DNA of 64,000 bases from Candidatus Enterousia sp. (GTDB taxonomy: Bacteria > Pseudomonadota > Alphaproteobacteria > Rs-D84). Numbering within the stretch: position 1 is the stretch's first letter; each line of letters starts with the position of its first letter. A program made the translations under genes and the position numbers. Positions 39,268 to 50,047 of this stretch are shown piece by piece. Location: NCBI GenBank assembly GCA_045634865.1, contig JAZRBB010000002.1:197162-261161 (forward strand). The letters are read 5' to 3'. The notes beneath the pieces were generated by a model. It was not told the DNA's origin. It made no database searches and saw only the letters and a list, made by a program, of their open reading frames with translations.

Positions 39268-39696
39268 ATGCTAAAAATATGGACAGACGGAAGTTGTTTA
39301 GGTAACCCAGGCCCAGGCGGATGGGGCTTTGTAGCCACAGACGGAATACATACCGCACAGCGTTCTGGTGGCGAAAAAGACACAACGAACAACAAAATGG
39401 AATTGACTGCGGTGATTCGGGCTTTGCGTGCCGCACGCAAACACAATGAATTGGAAATTCATACAGACAGTCAATATGTTAAAAACGGTATGCAATCTTG
39501 GATAAAAAATTGGAAGAAAAACAATTGGAAAACCGCAGACAAAAAACCAGTTAAAAATCAAGAATTATGGCAGGAATTGGACGAATTAGCATCCAAAATA
39601 AAAATTCATTGGGTTTGGGTCAAGGGACACGCCGGCGAAGAGTTTAATGAAATGGTTGATACATTGGCGCGAACCGCCGCCGAATCGTTTAAGTAA
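39268..39696 (+). CDS. rnhA: Ribonuclease HI
   Basis: MLKIWTDGSCLGNPGPGGWGFV...TNNKMELTAVIRAL...TDSQYV is the RNase H fold signature. Confidence 0.9.
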   Translation: MLKIWTDGSCLGNPGPGGWGFVATDGIHTAQRSGGEKDTTNNKMELTAVIRALRAARKHNELEIHTDSQYVKNGMQSWIKNWKKNNWKTADKKPVKNQELWQELDELASKIKIHWVWVKGHAGEEFNEMVDTLARTAAESFK

Positions 39697-39699
39697 AAA

Positions 39700-39730
39700 T
39701 GAAACCCTGAATTTTTCAGGGTTTTATTTT
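39700..39730. terminator. Bidirectional terminator after rnhA
   Basis: aaaccctgaatttttcagggtttt hairpin. Confidence 0.7.
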
Positions 39731-40229
39731 ATTTTCTATATTTATTATTTTTTTGCTTGCCAGGTAATAACGATATAATCGTTGCAAAGGCAAGGAAATA
39801 CCAAGGTGCTAGATCTGTAAACAGAGTTCCCGCTAACCATAAAACCAAAACAGGTATCCATACCCAATTTCCAGGAAGCCCCGCATCATGCAAACGACGT
39901 TCTAACAGAGCCATACATGGTATAAATGTGCCAACAATCCATATAACTCTGACCCAATTTAGCATCTGCCACAAAATCAAAGCGACAGAATCGGATACAA
40001 AATGCCATGTCACCAAACCCATATCTACCTGAACAATCATCAAATGCACCAAGAACACAAACAAAATTGCAAAAAAACATTCGCCACGTTGGGCAGTACC
40101 TTTGAAATTCGCATAATTTTTCCAAAAATTTGTGATTGCAGACCAGACACCAACTGTTTTTTGTTTTTGTATCTTAGATTTTGTTTTATTTTTATTTACA
40201 ACCATAATTCTCTCCCTTGACCTAAACAA
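39729..40229 (-). CDS. DUF805-family inner membrane protein
   Basis: Transmembrane helices and an RRLHDAGLPGNWVW motif. Confidence 0.55.
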   Translation of the reverse strand: MFRSRERIMVVNKNKTKSKIQKQKTVGVWSAITNFWKNYANFKGTAQRGECFFAILFVFLVHLMIVQVDMGLVTWHFVSDSVALILWQMLNWVRVIWIVGTFIPCMALLERRLHDAGLPGNWVWIPVLVLWLAGTLFTDLAPWYFLAFATIISLLPGKQKNNKYRK

Positions 40230-40404
40230 CGGGAATTATATCATAAATTTAACAAAAAGGAAATTTCTTTATCTTTGTCTTACATCTGCAACCAAGGTTC
40301 CAATGTCGTTTGGGGTAAATGTTCCACGAACACGAACCGGGATATTATGTTTTTGTGCGATCATAATAATCACGATAAACTAAACACTCCGAATTTTTCG
40401 GGGT

Positions 40405-40878
40405 TTATTTTGTTATGACATTGGCTTCTTTTTGTTTCTTTGCTGCTAAATTATTATTAATACGATTGTTATAAAGAAAACTATGAAGCATACCACGAAT
40501 TTTGTTTGTACTATAAATTGCAAAATAAAAAACATCACTACCTTGTACAGACTGTTTTTTTAAATTTATATTCTTAACATTATCTAATAAATACGACACT
40601 ATATATTCTTGATCATTTGCTACAGCATACATCAATGCTGTCCATCCATTATTGTTCTGTATATTGAAATCTGCATCATGTTCATAGCAATATTTAATTA
40701 AAGCTTTATCTCCACACTCGGCAGCATACATCGCCATTGTGCTTCCATTCTTATCTCGTGCATTTATATCCGATAAACTCATCGCAAAATCTACCCTTCT
40801 ATTGGCGCAAACACTACCTGCACCGTAAAATAATGGCACAAAACTAAGTGGCAAACAATTGTTTTTCTGTTTTGTCAT
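40405..40878 (-). CDS. Ankyrin-repeat protein (157 aa, ~3 repeats)
   Basis: NGSTMAMYAAECGDKALIKYCYEHDADFNIQNNNGWTALMYAVANDQEYIVSYLL follows the ANK consensus. Confidence 0.75.
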   Translation of the reverse strand: MTKQKNNCLPLSFVPLFYGAGSVCANRRVDFAMSLSDINARDKNGSTMAMYAAECGDKALIKYCYEHDADFNIQNNNGWTALMYAVANDQEYIVSYLLDNVKNINLKKQSVQGSDVFYFAIYSTNKIRGMLHSFLYNNRINNNLAAKKQKEANVITK

Positions 40879-40904
40879 TTTTATAATCCTTTTTTATTTT
40901 TATA

Positions 40905-41444
40905 TTATCTTACAAGATTTATCTCTTCTGTTTTTTTGTTTAACATTTCAACCAATTTAAATGGATATTTTCCTGTATTAACTGGCCAAATTTGATGTCC
41001 TTGCTTATTTATCACACAGTCTTTTTGGGTCAGTTCTTTCATATAAACAACAGAAACAGGTTGTCCCCACCCCCTTCGTAAATCGAACACAAAAGGTACT
41101 GCTTCTGTATTGTTTGGTAAATTTGCGTAATGCCAATCAAAACCTTCATAATTCTTGGTCATATACTTATCAACATCCTGTTTATACATCAAAGAATCCA
41201 TTAAATAAAAATCAAATTCGTCTGCTGTATAATCACACAACTTAAGATAATCACCAGACGCGACTGACACATCAGCATTATAAAGTTCAACAACACGAGC
41301 CACAGTTATAGGGTCGCTTTGGCTCATAAACTTTTTTGCCACAAGATCAAAAAAAGATGATATCGAATCAAATTTGATAATGTCAGGGGTAGATAACCAG
41401 TGTTTACCACGAATTTCATATCTAACCATTGATTTAATGTTCAC
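40905..41444 (-). CDS. Hypothetical protein (179 aa)
   Basis: ORF lying between the aspartokinase-like and ankyrin genes on the same strand. No motif recognised. Confidence 0.45.
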   Translation of the reverse strand: MNIKSMVRYEIRGKHWLSTPDIIKFDSISSFFDLVAKKFMSQSDPITVARVVELYNADVSVASGDYLKLCDYTADEFDFYLMDSLMYKQDVDKYMTKNYEGFDWHYANLPNNTEAVPFVFDLRRGWGQPVSVVYMKELTQKDCVINKQGHQIWPVNTGKYPFKLVEMLNKKTEEINLVR

Positions 41445-41503
41445 TTTTACAATCCTTTTTTATTCTGCCGAGAATTGTACACCAAACAAAACAATTGTCA
41501 AGA

Positions 41504-42238
41504 TTATTTTTGCCTTGACTTTGCGACCAAGGTTCCAAAATCTTCGGGTGAAAATGTTCCGCGAACACGAATTGGTATATTATGCTGACGCGCGGTCATA
41601 ACGCTGCGTGGATGCAATACTTTGGCGCCATTATTCGCCATTTTCAGCATATCATCATAAGATACAAAATCTAATTTCTTGGCATCTTTAACAACATTTG
41701 GGTCTGCATCATAAACACCATCAACATCGGTATAAATATCGCAATAATCAGCACCAATTGCCGCAGCAATCGCAACTGCAGATGTATCTGAACCTTCGCG
41801 TCCCAATGTTGTAATATCCTTGTTGTATGTTATGCCCTGAAAACCAGTAATAACAGGAATCGTGCCTTTTGACCAGTCATACCAAATTGGCGCGGTTATA
41901 TATTTGATTTTTGCATCACCAAAGTTTTCATCAGTCCATATTCCCATTTGAAACGCATTATAACTGCAAGCTTTACACCCAATCGCATTTAATGCCATCG
42001 AAACCAAAGCAACAGAAGTCATTTCGCCTGTTGCCAACAATGCATCTAATTCACGTAAATTTGGTTTATCTGTAATTTGATGCGCCAAGTTCGTCAAAGC
42101 ATTTGTTGTTTTTCCCATCGCAGAAACAACCACAGCAACCTTTGCTGTTTGGCGCTGCGTAGCGATAATATTCGCAACATTTTTTATTTTATCGATATCA
42201 GCGACCGAGGTTCCGCCGAATTTCATAACTATTTTCAT
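41504..42238 (-). CDS. Aspartokinase-like amino-acid-kinase family protein lacking ACT regulatory domains
   Basis: MKIVMKFGGTSVAD...AVVVSAMGKTTNAL is the aspartokinase N-terminal signature. The protein ends at ...IPIRVRGTFSPEDFGTLV, roughly where ACT domains normally begin. Confidence 0.65.
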   Translation of the reverse strand: MKIVMKFGGTSVADIDKIKNVANIIATQRQTAKVAVVVSAMGKTTNALTNLAHQITDKPNLRELDALLATGEMTSVALVSMALNAIGCKACSYNAFQMGIWTDENFGDAKIKYITAPIWYDWSKGTIPVITGFQGITYNKDITTLGREGSDTSAVAIAAAIGADYCDIYTDVDGVYDADPNVVKDAKKLDFVSYDDMLKMANNGAKVLHPRSVMTARQHNIPIRVRGTFSPEDFGTLVAKSRQK

Positions 42239-42267
42239 TACCATTGCCCTTTGACACAATAAACAAC

Positions 42268-42927
42268 CTAGCCCCTGAACCCCATGGCAACGATAAACAT
42301 TTCCACAGAATCTTTTCGTGAGGCTGGCGGTTTAATATGATGAACTGTCTCAAAATGTTCTTTGATTTGTTTCAGCAAATCGTTCGTCGTCCCCCCCGTA
42401 AAAGATTTAGCAATAAACGTCCCCCCGTTTTTCAATGCGCGAATTGCAAAATCCAGCGCATATTCCAACAAAACCATTTGACGAATATGGTCTGTTTTTT
42501 TATGTCCAACTGTATTTGGTGCCATATCAGACATAACAACATCTGCGGTACCTTTGCCCGCTTCGTCGTGCGATAAATTTAATTTATCTTCCAACCAATT
42601 TAACGCTTCATCAGTTGTAAAATCACCCTGATAAAATTCGACATTATTGATTGGTTTGATTTCCAATAAATCCATCGCAAATATTTTAGAATTCGGATAT
42701 TTACGCGCAACATATTGCGACCAAGAACCCGGCGCAGCACCTAAATCAACAACAACCTGACCATTACGAAAGAAATGATATTTTTCATCCATTTCGATAA
42801 TCTTGAAAGCCGCGCGTGCACGATAGCCTTCTTTTTGCGCCTTGGCAACGTACGGATCAGATGCTTGACGTTGAATCCAAGCCACAGACGATTTATGCCC
42901 AGCAATCTTTTTGTTCAGGATTTTCAT
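42268..42927 (-). CDS. rlmE: 23S rRNA (uridine-2'-O)-methyltransferase RlmE (FtsJ)
   Basis: VVVDLGAAPGSWSQYV motif I and a K-D-K-E catalytic context. 219 aa. Confidence 0.85.
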   Translation of the reverse strand: MKILNKKIAGHKSSVAWIQRQASDPYVAKAQKEGYRARAAFKIIEMDEKYHFFRNGQVVVDLGAAPGSWSQYVARKYPNSKIFAMDLLEIKPINNVEFYQGDFTTDEALNWLEDKLNLSHDEAGKGTADVVMSDMAPNTVGHKKTDHIRQMVLLEYALDFAIRALKNGGTFIAKSFTGGTTNDLLKQIKEHFETVHHIKPPASRKDSVEMFIVAMGFRG

Positions 42928-42936
42928 GATATAAAA

Positions 42937-43422
42937 CTAAGCCTGACCACCGTTTTTCAATTTTTCCATTACGGCTTCCATGCCACCCATTTTCTGAATC
43001 ATAGCCATCTGCTGTTTCATTTTGGTATATTGCTTGATTATGTGTTCTACTTCACGAACTGTGCAACCTGCTGTTTCAGCAATACGCGCCTTGGCATTTG
43101 CGAATATCTTTTCTGGATCTGCACGTTCAACCGCAGTCATCGCTTCCAATATCTTAATTTGCGCATCAACGCTGCCATCTGCTATTTTTTCCTTCATAGC
43201 ATTCACAGCATCTTTCATACCAGGAACCATTTTCAACAGACCGCTGAAACTGCTCATCTTTTTAATCTGCTTCAATTGCGCCAACATATCGTTCATATCA
43301 AATTGACCAGCCATCATACGTTGTGCAGTTTCTTTCATACCAGACGGCATTTTAGCCGCTTCTTGTTCCAAATCAGCATTTTCTTGTTCTGCTAATTTTT
43401 TCTTTTTACCAAATCCAAACAT
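42937..43422 (-). CDS. Standalone signal-recognition-particle Ffh M-domain-like protein
   Basis: Aligns by eye to the Ffh M domain: FDMNDMLAQLKQIKKMSSFSGLLKMVPGM...ERADPEKIF...KARIAETAGCTVREVEHIIKQY..MKQQMAMIQKMGGM. No NG domain upstream. Confidence 0.6.
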   Translation of the reverse strand: MFGFGKKKKLAEQENADLEQEAAKMPSGMKETAQRMMAGQFDMNDMLAQLKQIKKMSSFSGLLKMVPGMKDAVNAMKEKIADGSVDAQIKILEAMTAVERADPEKIFANAKARIAETAGCTVREVEHIIKQYTKMKQQMAMIQKMGGMEAVMEKLKNGGQA

Positions 43423-43444
43423 ATATATCCCCTTTGAATTGAAT

Positions 43445-43795
43445 TTATTTTTGTGCTTGTTTCATCAACTGTTGCATTTTATAACGTTCAACGAAGTTTA
43501 ATGATTTATATATTGCACCCGCTTCTACTTCATCCATTAGCATCAAAGCAGTCTGTAAATCACCATTTTTGATAATAACGTTATGAATAAATCTTGCGTG
43601 CGCCTGAACTTCTGGATATGTAATAAATTTTTTTTGTTCTTGCGCATTATAACAATCAAGCATTTGTAAAGATTTAATAACTGATGTTGCCTCTGGTTCG
43701 TCCATTGTTCCCAAAGCTGCCCGTAAATCACCATTTCTGATAATGGCATCACGAACAATTTTTGCATGTTTTAAATATTCTGCATGTGTAATCAT
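43445..43795 (-). CDS. Hypothetical protein with an internal ~55-aa tandem duplication
   Basis: The halves ITHAEYLKHAKIVRDAIIRNGDLRAALGTMDE... and ITYPEVQAHARFIHNVIIKNGDLQTALMLMDE... are clearly homologous. Confidence 0.45.
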   Translation of the reverse strand: MITHAEYLKHAKIVRDAIIRNGDLRAALGTMDEPEATSVIKSLQMLDCYNAQEQKKFITYPEVQAHARFIHNVIIKNGDLQTALMLMDEVEAGAIYKSLNFVERYKMQQLMKQAQK

Positions 43796-43838
43796 TTTTT
43801 CTCCTTTATTTATTAATTGTTAAATTACTCAAGACATA

Positions 43839-46697
43839 CTACTTATTTTTCTTTGGTTTGTCCAGATACTTTTTCAGATATTGTCCAGTCAAAGAATTTG
43901 GATTTTGTGCAACATCTTCTGGGGTTCCAATTGCAACAATTTGTCCACCACCTGCGCCACCACTTGGCCCCAAATCAACAATCCAATCTGCAGTCTTAAT
44001 AACTTCCAAATTGTGTTCAATTACAATCACTGTATTACCTGCATCAACCAATTCATGCAAAACAGACAACAAAGATTTTATATCTTCGAAATGCAAACCT
44101 GTAGTTGGCTCGTCCAATATGTATATAGTCTGACCTGTACTGCGCGCAGCCAATTCTTTGGATAACTTTATACGCTGGGCTTCACCGCCTGATAAATCAA
44201 GCGAACTTTGTCCCAATTTGATATAGTCCAATCCAACACGTTTCAACAATTCCAATTTGCGCGCAATCTGGGGGACATTTATAAAGAATCTGTACGCTTC
44301 TTCCACCGTCATATTTAATACATCAGCAATAGATTTACCTTTGTATTTCACAGCCAATGTTTCATCGTTATAGCGCTGGCCATGGCATTTATCACATTCC
44401 ACATAAATATCGGCCAAGAAATTCATCTCTATCTTAATTTGACCATCACCCTGACAAGCTTCACAACGACCGCCTTTGACATTAAACGAAAAGCGACCTG
44501 CATCATATCCACGTGCTTTGGCTTCTGGTAAATTGGCAAAGAAATCACGAATATTATTAAACACACCTACATAAGTCGCAGGATTACTACGCGGACTGCG
44601 CCCTATTGGCGATTGATCAATATCAACAACTTTATCTACATTTTCCAAACCGCGAATAATATCATGCGCACCTGTTTCCAGTTTAGAATTATATAATGCG
44701 CGCATAACCGCTGGATAAAGCGTACTTAACAACAAAGTTGATTTTCCAGACCCAGACACGCCAGTCAAAGCAATAAATTTGCCCAGTGGAAAATCTACTG
44801 TCACATTTTTCAGATTATTTTCACGTGCGCCTTCGATTCTTATGCATTTACCATTACCGACTCTGCGCTTTGATGGGACATCTATTTTGCGCTTGCCAGA
44901 TAAATATTGTCCAGTCAAAGAATCAGGATTTTTAATAACCTGGGCCGGTGTCCCTGCTGCGACAACATTACCACCATTAACCCCTGCACCACGACCAATA
45001 TCAACCAAATAATCTGCCTGACGCATCATGTCTTCATCATGTTCCACAACCAATACAGAATTATCTTTGTCACGCAACATCTTTAATGTATCAATCAGTT
45101 TATCATTATCACTTTGATGCAAACCAATAGACGGTTCGTCCAACACATATAGAACACCAGACAAACCACTACCAATTTGCGATGCCAACCTTATACGCTG
45201 GGCTTCGCCACCAGACAAAGTTCCAGCCATACGTGACATAGTCAAATAACCCAAACCAACATTTTTCAGAAAATATAAACGCGATGTAATTTCACGCAAA
45301 ATCATAGTAGCGATTTCATTTTCTTTTTGCGTCAAATGATTAGGTAAATCTTGGAACCAATTTAATGAATCGTCCACAGACATATCACAGACGTCCATAA
45401 TATCACAGCCATTTATCTTTATACACAACGCCTGAATATTCAACCGCTTGCCATGACAAACTGGACAAGTTTTTTCAGATTGATATTTAGCCAACTCTGT
45501 CCGCATTGAATCTGATTCAGATTCACGTAATCTGCGTTCAAGATTTGGTATAACACCTTCAAACGGTTTTTCATAAACAAAGCCGTTCCAATTTACCTTT
45601 ACAGGTTCATCGCCTGTTCCATATAACACAATATTTTTTTCTTTATCAGACAAAGTATGCCAAGGTTTAGACAATGGGATTTTGTATTTTTTATGCAAAG
45701 CATCCATTACATTTTCATACTGGCTCAGCATGCCACCACGCGACCAAGGCGCAATTGCACCGCCCAATATAGATTTCGTTGGATCTGGCACAACCAAATC
45801 TGGCGAAACATTTAATTGCACACCCAAACCATCACAAGCATTGCATGCACCCAATGGCGCATTAAAAGAAAACAATCGTGGTTCAATTTTTGGAACAGTA
45901 AAACCACTGACCGGACATGCATATTCTTGGGAATACAAAGAATCTTCATTTGTGTCTAATCTGCGAACAATCACCGCACCAGGAACCAAACGCAAAGCAG
46001 CCTCAAATGAAGAATACAATCTGGACCGAAATTCTTCTACTTCGTCACCAGCCAAATCATTATCAGGCATCGCAACCCTGTCAATTATAACAAAAATATT
46101 ATGTTTTTTATTTTTATCTAATGCCGGAACAGATGCCAAATCATACAACACACCATCAACAATAGCACGCTGATAGCCTTGCTTTATCAAAAACGCAATT
46201 TCTTTTTTATATTCGCCTTTTCTTTCACGAACCATTGGCGCCATTATATAAAACTTTACCCCATGCGGTATTTTCAGTGTCCAATCTACCATTTCTGCAA
46301 TAGTTTGCGATTTAATTGGTAATCCTGTCACCGGCGAATACGGAATTCCAATACGCGCCCACAACAAGCGCAAATAATCATAAATCTCGGTCACTGTTCC
46401 GACTGTGGAACGTGGATTTTTTGATGTTGTTTTTTGTTCGATTGAAATAGCAGGCGATAAACCTTCGATTAAATCTACATCTGGTTTTTTCTGCATATCT
46501 AAAAATTGTCGCGCATAACTGGACAAAGATTCAACATATCGACGTTGCCCTTCGGCATATATTGTATTAAATGCCAATGATGATTTTCCAGAACCAGATA
46601 CGCCAGTCAGCACCACCAATTTGTTTTTTGGCAGATCAACATCTATGTTCTTAAGATTATTTTCGCGCGCACCGCGAATTTTTATAAATCCTGACAT
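43839..46697 (-). CDS. uvrA: Excinuclease ABC subunit A
   Basis: [43 protein letters not shown]... Two ABC cassettes, zinc fingers, 952 aa. Confidence 0.93.
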   Translation of the reverse strand: MSGFIKIRGARENNLKNIDVDLPKNKLVVLTGVSGSGKSSLAFNTIYAEGQRRYVESLSSYARQFLDMQKKPDVDLIEGLSPAISIEQKTTSKNPRSTVGTVTEIYDYLRLLWARIGIPYSPVTGLPIKSQTIAEMVDWTLKIPHGVKFYIMAPMVRERKGEYKKEIAFLIKQGYQRAIVDGVLYDLASVPALDKNKKHNIFVIIDRVAMPDNDLAGDEVEEFRSRLYSSFEAALRLVPGAVIVRRLDTNEDSLYSQEYACPVSGFTVPKIEPRLFSFNAPLGACNACDGLGVQLNVSPDLVVPDPTKSILGGAIAPWSRGGMLSQYENVMDALHKKYKIPLSKPWHTLSDKEKNIVLYGTGDEPVKVNWNGFVYEKPFEGVIPNLERRLRESESDSMRTELAKYQSEKTCPVCHGKRLNIQALCIKINGCDIMDVCDMSVDDSLNWFQDLPNHLTQKENEIATMILREITSRLYFLKNVGLGYLTMSRMAGTLSGGEAQRIRLASQIGSGLSGVLYVLDEPSIGLHQSDNDKLIDTLKMLRDKDNSVLVVEHDEDMMRQADYLVDIGRGAGVNGGNVVAAGTPAQVIKNPDSLTGQYLSGKRKIDVPSKRRVGNGKCIRIEGARENNLKNVTVDFPLGKFIALTGVSGSGKSTLLLSTLYPAVMRALYNSKLETGAHDIIRGLENVDKVVDIDQSPIGRSPRSNPATYVGVFNNIRDFFANLPEAKARGYDAGRFSFNVKGGRCEACQGDGQIKIEMNFLADIYVECDKCHGQRYNDETLAVKYKGKSIADVLNMTVEEAYRFFINVPQIARKLELLKRVGLDYIKLGQSSLDLSGGEAQRIKLSKELAARSTGQTIYILDEPTTGLHFEDIKSLLSVLHELVDAGNTVIVIEHNLEVIKTADWIVDLGPSGGAGGGQIVAIGTPEDVAQNPNSLTGQYLKKYLDKPKKNK

Positions 46698-46752
46698 GGC
46701 TTTTATAAAATAGTTCAGATTAAAGAAAATTCAATACGCAACGGGCAGAAAA

Positions 46753-47607
46753 TTATTCCGCAATCCCCGCACCTTTCAGAGCGCTTGGGGCCATAGATAT
46801 ACCAGATTTTCTGGTATTTGGAGCACCTAATTTATTTATGCGCTGGCCATCAACCCAAACATCTATGCCACCAACATTACCAAATGTTGCCTTGAAATTA
46901 TCGCCAAGTGGCATGTAATAAACGTCCCCAGGCAATAAAACGCGTGAAAACACAGAATTGCCTTTGGCATCATCTATGCGAACCCACGATTCTTTTTCAG
47001 CCTGCAAAACAACACGCGATTCTTTGCTATTTTTAACATCAAACTTTTCACGCACAGGATATCTGAAATCTGGTTCTGTGACAGTTGTAGCAACAACTTC
47101 TGTTGGTGCTTCTACGTTTTCCACAACTTCTGCTTTCTTGCCACCAAAAACCAAAGCCAGCACAACGGCCAAAACAACAATTCCAAAACCCGAAGCAAAC
47201 CAAATCCAATGCTTTTTGACATATTGACCGGCCGACTTGAACCATTTAACCAAAGTTTCTTTGTTGATTTTTACCTGACGTTTTGGTTTTTCAATAACCT
47301 TTTCAGGCTCAGATTCTGTTTCTTCTGGAACAATACCCAATTCACGTTTCAATTTTGCAATAACTTCATCAGGATTCAAGCCTAATTCCACAGCATAACT
47401 GCGTGCAAAGCCCAATATATATACATTTTCAGGGATAACGCGATAATTACCCTCTTCCAAAGCGGTCAAAAATTCTTCACGAATACAAAGCAATTTTGCA
47501 ATCGTAGCAATCTCACGTTTTCTGCGCCCAGTTGTACGCGCATTACGCAGCATTTCGCCAGCAGTTAGTTCCATAGAAGGTTGTAAAATTTCTTGTTTTT
47601 CGTCCAT
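46753..47607 (-). CDS. rodZ: RodZ-like cytoskeleton protein (HTH_XRE, transmembrane helix, C-terminal DUF4115)
   Basis: Start MDEKQEIL at 47607 (RBS AAAGGA). HTH GEMLRNARTTGRRKREIATIAKLLCIREEFLTALEEG. Transmembrane segment, then C-terminal beta domain. Confidence 0.65.
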   Translation of the reverse strand: MDEKQEILQPSMELTAGEMLRNARTTGRRKREIATIAKLLCIREEFLTALEEGNYRVIPENVYILGFARSYAVELGLNPDEVIAKLKRELGIVPEETESEPEKVIEKPKRQVKINKETLVKWFKSAGQYVKKHWIWFASGFGIVVLAVVLALVFGGKKAEVVENVEAPTEVVATTVTEPDFRYPVREKFDVKNSKESRVVLQAEKESWVRIDDAKGNSVFSRVLLPGDVYYMPLGDNFKATFGNVGGIDVWVDGQRINKLGAPNTRKSGISMAPSALKGAGIAE

Positions 47608-47654
47608 GATAAAATCCTTTGATAGATATATGTTATGATAGAATCTGTCCATTG

Positions 47655-48572
47655 TCAATCTATCGACCAAAAATCTTTTATAATTTTTCGCAGTTCTGAT
47701 TCGTCTGTGATTTGATTTACTTTTATACGAAATTGCGCAGCATTTGGGCGACCCGCAGAATACCATGCAGCATGCTTTCTGAACATTGGAATCGCAACCT
47801 TTGCCCCATAATATTCAATCATAAAATCCAAATGCTGCAAAACAACGTTGCCAATATTTTCTGGCTTGTCACATGCCCCACAAATCTGCCCCATAATCCA
47901 AGGTTGCCCAAGCATTCCACGCCCAATCATCGCACCATCATAACCCAAATTTTGGACACGTTCTATGTCCGCAAGTGATTTTATATCACCGTTTGCAATT
48001 ATTGGTATCGGCAAGTCTGGTTTGATTGGCAAAATCGATTGTCCCAAATATCCCTGGGCCCTTGTTCGACCATGAATTGTAGCAAACGAAGCACCAGATT
48101 CTGCGGCAACACGTACCAAATCTTGCCAATCTTTGTGCGCTTCATCCCAGCCCAATCGTGTTTTTATCGAAACAGGTATCTGAACAGATTTTACGCAACT
48201 TTCAATTATACGCCCTGCCAACGCATGATTTTTCATCAAAAAAGCGCCTGCACCTGCACGTGTTGCAACTTTTGGTACTGGACAGCCCATATTTATATCA
48301 ATCCATTTTGCACCCGCATCTTGTAAAATCTTAGCAGCCGTCCCCATCAATTCAGGTTCAGCACCAAAAATCTGGGCACCAATATTCCCTTCGTCATCAT
48401 AACTATCAAAATTACGAATACAATTTTTATGTCCGCCAACCAACGAATGACAAGATATCATTTCGGTCACCAAAGAAACATCGGGCGCAAACTGACGTAT
48501 AACCTTTCTGAAAGGCTTGTCTGTTATACCCGCTAATGGGGCAGCAAAAATTTGGTTATTATTTGTAAACAT
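47655..48572 (-). CDS. dus: tRNA-dihydrouridine synthase (DusB-like)
   Basis: MFTNNNQIFAAPLAGITDKPFRKVIRQFAP...INMGCP...HGRT is the Dus TIM-barrel signature. Confidence 0.8.
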   Translation of the reverse strand: MFTNNNQIFAAPLAGITDKPFRKVIRQFAPDVSLVTEMISCHSLVGGHKNCIRNFDSYDDEGNIGAQIFGAEPELMGTAAKILQDAGAKWIDINMGCPVPKVATRAGAGAFLMKNHALAGRIIESCVKSVQIPVSIKTRLGWDEAHKDWQDLVRVAAESGASFATIHGRTRAQGYLGQSILPIKPDLPIPIIANGDIKSLADIERVQNLGYDGAMIGRGMLGQPWIMGQICGACDKPENIGNVVLQHLDFMIEYYGAKVAIPMFRKHAAWYSAGRPNAAQFRIKVNQITDESELRKIIKDFWSID

Positions 48573-48591
48573 TTGTGATATAATACACGCT

Positions 48592-48924
48592 ATGTGGACA
48601 AAAATCAAAAATTTCTTTGACTTTATAAAAAGCGCATGGGCCTGTGGCGCACGTGGTAAATGGGGCATTTTATTTATGCTGGTCGCGATATTTTTCTTTG
48701 TCCGACTGTTTTTTGGCGCCCAAAATGTCCAGGGATTTGTTATAAACGCATGGCATTTGAATCGCAGTCGTACTGAATTAGCAGTTGCGCAAAAAAAATT
48801 ACAACAAATCCAGCACCATATATATTTGCTGCAAAATCCCGAAAATTCACCTGATTATATTGAAGAATTGGGGTTAAAGACATTAAACCTGGGCAACCCC
48901 GAATTCAAAGAATTAAAATATTAA
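48592..48924 (+). CDS. ftsB: FtsB/DivIC-like septum formation initiator
   Basis: Small bitopic protein with a transmembrane helix then a coiled coil (LAVAQKKLQQIQHHIYLLQN). Divergent from dus. Confidence 0.55.
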   Translation: MWTKIKNFFDFIKSAWACGARGKWGILFMLVAIFFFVRLFFGAQNVQGFVINAWHLNRSRTELAVAQKKLQQIQHHIYLLQNPENSPDYIEELGLKTLNLGNPEFKELKY

Positions 48925-49075
48925 AATAACCACCCCCAATTATAAATCCTTATTTAGTAGTCTGATTGAGCGATTATCACAAAAAATACTTGACATATAT
49001 GTTTTTTGTATTATATTTTGATTATCAAGAGAAAAATCTTGAACACAAAAACAACTAAACCAAAAGGAAAAACAC

Positions 49076-49516
49076 ATGTTTTCAGAAAAAGACTACGTAG
49101 ATGCTTTAAAATTTTGTAAAGAACAAAACTACCCTTTGGACAAACTAGGAGTTGTCACAAGAATCCGCCCAAATCCCTGCCGTCGAGAGCAAGGCTTTCA
49201 TTATATAGAATTTGTAAGACTAAGTTCATTTCTACGTTATGAGACCACGGAACACTTTTCTAGCTGCATTATAGGTAACTATCAAGTAAAAAATGGTGCA
49301 GAACATAGTTGTTGCGAGATGAATGCCGACGGTGAAGTAGATTTAAAATTTTACACCGCTATTGGTGATTTAATTTTACTTGGAGAACATAAAGGTACTT
49401 ATGGAATCTATTGTGATATTGTAAAAAATATTAGACATGAAATGATGCTTGAAAACTTAAAAAAAGCAAAAAATAAAGTTTTTGGCAACCTAGTAGAAAA
49501 TCAAAAAAAGAAATAA
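49076..49516 (+). CDS. Hypothetical protein (146 aa, 7 Cys)
   Basis: ORF with an AAAGGA RBS, followed by a terminator at 49524-49550. Confidence 0.45.
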   Translation: MFSEKDYVDALKFCKEQNYPLDKLGVVTRIRPNPCRREQGFHYIEFVRLSSFLRYETTEHFSSCIIGNYQVKNGAEHSCCEMNADGEVDLKFYTAIGDLILLGEHKGTYGIYCDIVKNIRHEMMLENLKKAKNKVFGNLVENQKKK

Positions 49517-49567
49517 AAAATAGATAAAACCCTGAAATTTTCAGGGTTTTTCTTTACACAATAAATC

Positions 49568-50047
49568 TTAGTTTAAATAAATTATCATCGCATTAAGATA
49601 AAATGCGAACATCAACCATATTATGTAAGGAACAACCAGCCAGAAAGAAGCCTGACTGACCCGATAAAACGCACGCGCCATAAATATTGCGGTGATAATC
49701 AAAGCCGTCAAAATTATCAACGCGGCTTCTGGTAAGTGTGCACCAAAAAACACAAACGACCACAAAAAGTTAAGAACTATATTTATACCAAATGCTGTAT
49801 AAGCACCCGCTTTGTCGTGCTCGTTTCTTGTTTGCTTGCGTTGCATAACCAAAAACAAAGCAATACCAATCAAGAAATATAGTATCGTCCAAACAACACT
49901 GAACACCCAACCATCTGGGGTTAGGAAAGAGTTGTTTAGTGTGTTATACCACAGATTTTGCCCAGATTGTATTGGTGAAAAAAATAATCCCAATAATCCA
50001 GGCAAGAAAGACAAAACCATTGCCAGAACAAATTTCCAAAAAGCCAT
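49568..50047 (-). CDS. tspO: TspO/MBR tryptophan-rich sensory protein
   Basis: Five transmembrane helices. W/Y-rich motifs (PDGWVFSVVWTILYFLIG) are typical of TspO. Confidence 0.75.
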   Translation of the reverse strand: MAFWKFVLAMVLSFLPGLLGLFFSPIQSGQNLWYNTLNNSFLTPDGWVFSVVWTILYFLIGIALFLVMQRKQTRNEHDKAGAYTAFGINIVLNFLWSFVFFGAHLPEAALIILTALIITAIFMARAFYRVSQASFWLVVPYIIWLMFAFYLNAMIIYLN

